Part shown: positions 33,471 through 35,228 of the stretch, piece after piece | How positions within the stretch are numbered: the stretch's first letter is position 1 | Layout of the letters: each line of letters starts with the position of its first letter | Source of the DNA: a bacterium | Lineage (GTDB): Bacteria > UBP15 > UBA6099 | DNA length: 35,228 nt | Direction of reading: 5' to 3' | NCBI GenBank assembly: GCA_029573925.1 | Contig: JAKQBV010000577.1 | Span: forward strand, 1 to 35,228 | Position numbers and translations under genes: made by a program | The notes under the pieces: model-generated | Database searches by the model: none | Seen by the model: the letters and a program-made list of their open reading frames with translations, nothing else | What the model was told of the DNA's origin: nothing

Positions 33471-34655
33471 TTACAGCTTGGAGAGCCGGTCGACCGTTTC
33501 CTGAATCCTGTCTTCAGGCTCGACGAGCGCGAAACGGATATGGTCGTTGCCGGCTTCGCCGAATCCGCTGCCCGCCGCGACAGCCACGCCCGTCTCCCTG
33601 ACGATAAGCGACGCGAATTCGGTGGAATTCATCTCTTTGAACGCTTCGGGAATCTTCACCCAAACGTACATGGTCGCTTTCGGGCGGCGGTGTTTCCAGC
33701 CGAGCTTGTCCAAGCCGTCGCAAAGAATGTCGCGCCGCCTCTGGTACGCCGCGGCAGTTTCGGACACAATTTCTTCGTGCATTTCCAGCGCGACGATAGC
33801 GGCCTTTTGAATCGCGGAGAAAACCCCGAAGTCAACGTAACTCTTCATTTTTTTCATCACCGAGAGTATCTGCGGGTTGCCCACCACGAACGCCATCCGC
33901 CATCCGGCCATGCTGAACGTCTTGGAGAAACTGTGAAACTCTATGCCGATGTCCCGCGCCCCCTCCGCTTCCAGAAAACTGGGAGCCTTGTAGCCGTCAA
34001 AGCATATTTCCGAGTACGCCGCGTCGTGGCTGACGATTATGCGATGCTCTTTGGCAAATTTTACTATGTCGTCAAAGTGGCTTTTCTCCACTATGGTGGT
34101 CGTCGGATTGTGCGGATACGAGATGAATATCAGTTTTGCTCTACGCAACACAGCCGGGTCGATCCGCTCGAAATCGGGCAGAAAATCATTTTCCTCCAGC
34201 AGCGGGACGTTGTAAAGAGAGCCGCCGAAGATGGTGATGCTGTTGAAAAATATCGGATACGTCGGCGTCGGGATAAGCGCGTAGTCGTCCCTGTTCATGA
34301 ACGCTGACGACAGGTTTGCGAGACCTTCCTTCGAGCCTATGAGGGCGAGCACTTCGTCGGCGGGGTTGAGGTCCACATCGAACCGCTTCGAATACCAGTA
34401 CGCCACCGCGCGCTTGAACTCTATCGAGCCGTCGCCTGCGGGGTACCTGTTTATATGGCGCTCGTTGACGGCGCGAGCAAGCTCTTTGCGTATCGGCTCC
34501 GGAACCGGCATATCGGGGCTGCCCATGCCGAGGTCGATTATATCCATCCCCCGCATCCTAGCCTCGTTCTTGAGCTTGTTTATCGTTGTAAAAACATAAG
34601 GCGGCAGTTTGCTTATCCTGTTTGACATCATGCTTTCAAAATCTATTTTGCTCAT
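33471..34655 (-). CDS. Class I/II PLP-dependent aminotransferase, AlaC-like (annotated in some genomes as LL-diaminopimelate or aspartate aminotransferase)
   Basis: ISKLPPYVFTTINKLKNEARMRGMDIIDLGMGSPDMPVP closely parallels the E. coli AlaC N-terminus as I recall it. The PLP lysine context is SFSKTFSMAGWRMAF. I prefer the ATG at 34655 (GGAG 7 nt upstream) to the TTG at 34661. Confidence 0.9.
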   Translation of the reverse strand: MSKIDFESMMSNRISKLPPYVFTTINKLKNEARMRGMDIIDLGMGSPDMPVPEPIRKELARAVNERHINRYPAGDGSIEFKRAVAYWYSKRFDVDLNPADEVLALIGSKEGLANLSSAFMNRDDYALIPTPTYPIFFNSITIFGGSLYNVPLLEENDFLPDFERIDPAVLRRAKLIFISYPHNPTTTIVEKSHFDDIVKFAKEHRIIVSHDAAYSEICFDGYKAPSFLEAEGARDIGIEFHSFSKTFSMAGWRMAFVVGNPQILSVMKKMKSYVDFGVFSAIQKAAIVALEMHEEIVSETAAAYQRRRDILCDGLDKLGWKHRRPKATMYVWVKIPEAFKEMNSTEFASLIVRETGVAVAAGSGFGEAGNDHIRFALVEPEDRIQETVDRLSKL

Positions 34656-34850
34656 CGTCAATCTCCGTCCGTTTGCGTTCGCGGGCCTCCGCCGGGAGGC
34701 TTGCGGCTTGCAACTTAATCTTTAATTGTAACGTCGCTCCGCCAAATTCAAAGTGTGCGCGACAATTTTGTTTTGCGCGGCGGGAAAAGACATTATATAA
34801 TGGGCGCGGAAAAGAAGGGAACGGACGGCGGGGGCCGTCCGGCAAAACCG

Positions 34851-35228
34851 ATGAACACGCCGGCAAAAGAACTAGACGCGCTTGTGGAAAAAATGCGCGG
34901 CGGAAACGTGCGCGCCCTTTCCCGGCTTATGACTCTGGTGGAGAGCGATCCGAAAGCCGCGCCCGCTGTGATGAAGCGCGTTTATTCAGGCCGGGCCAAC
35001 GCCCGCAGAGTCGGCCTCGCCGGCCCTCCCGGAGCGGGAAAAAGCACTCTGCTGTCCAACCTTCTCGACGCGGGAGCCAAAGAGGGAAAACACGTCGCCG
35101 CCCTCTGCATCGACCCCACATCTCCCATCTCCGGCGGCGCTCTCCTCGGCGACCGCATACGCATGGCCGGCTCGTTCAGCCTCGACAACGTCTTTATCCG
35201 CAGCGTCGCTTCCGGAAAAAGTCTCGGC
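34851..35228 (+). CDS. meaB: MeaB/ArgK-type G3E GTPase (methylmalonyl-CoA mutase accessory GTPase), N-terminal part, runs off the window end
   Basis: Not in the ORF track because it is open-ended. It translates to MNTPAKELDALVEKMRGGNVRALSRLMTLVESDP...RRVGLAGPPGAGKSTLLSNLL...ALCIDPTSPISGGALLGDRIRM, with a Walker A motif plus the MeaB-specific DPSS/GGxxLGD pattern. An in-frame ATG at 34800 is an alternative start. Confidence 0.85.
   Translation, partial: MNTPAKELDALVEKMRGGNVRALSRLMTLVESDPKAAPAVMKRVYSGRANARRVGLAGPPGAGKSTLLSNLLDAGAKEGKHVAALCIDPTSPISGGALLGDRIRMAGSFSLDNVFIRSVASGKSLG

Noticed and set aside
1-35228. CRISPR arrays, rRNA or tRNA genes, transposases, integrases, reverse transcriptases and prophage genes
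   Set aside because: I scanned the intergenic regions and ORF translations. There are no regularly spaced direct repeats, no conserved RNA-gene motifs and no recognisable mobile-element proteins.

Overview
This 35.2-kb window looks like a chromosomal segment from a mid/high-GC, diderm, flagellated bacterium. About 32 protein genes are present, most on the minus strand. I saw no rRNA, tRNA, CRISPR array, transposase or integrase. Gene content from left to right: (1) flagellar rod and ring genes flgF-flgG-flgA-flgH', where a prime marks a gene cut by the window edge. (2) A 1048-aa fusion of a polytopic membrane domain, a spermidine-synthase-like domain and TPR repeats. (3) An outer-membrane biogenesis operon: bamA, an unassignable 433-aa secreted protein, skp, a long skp-like coiled-coil protein, lpxD and lpxC. 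(4) Pyruvoyl arginine decarboxylase (pdaD) plus a flavoprotein. (5) An MFS transporter, and a half-size DMT transporter behind a structured leader. (6) An acyltransferase-3 gene broken by a frameshift in an A9 tract. (7) A winged-helix / Cys-cluster / 2x[4Fe-4S] protein. (8) A lipoprotein with three tandem Ig-like repeats. (9) A low-GC 2.5-kb island carrying a PstI/BsuBI-type restriction-modification (R-M) pair. (10) An M16 peptidase. (11) A co-directional string of crotonase, PaaI thioesterase, a TPR gene interrupted by an in-frame TAG, a GH2-like/membrane-domain fusion and a cupin. (12) A nucleoside-phosphorylase-family gene, cspA with a long leader and a clean terminator, an AlaC-like aminotransferase and meaB'. 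I do not see an unmistakable new multi-gene system. The most unusual items are the extra genes inside the bamA-lpxD operon, the two interrupted genes (A9 frameshift, in-frame TAG), the unusual domain fusions, the R-M island, and several structured or AT-rich non-coding stretches. All family calls rest on motif and architecture recognition by eye. No database search was run.
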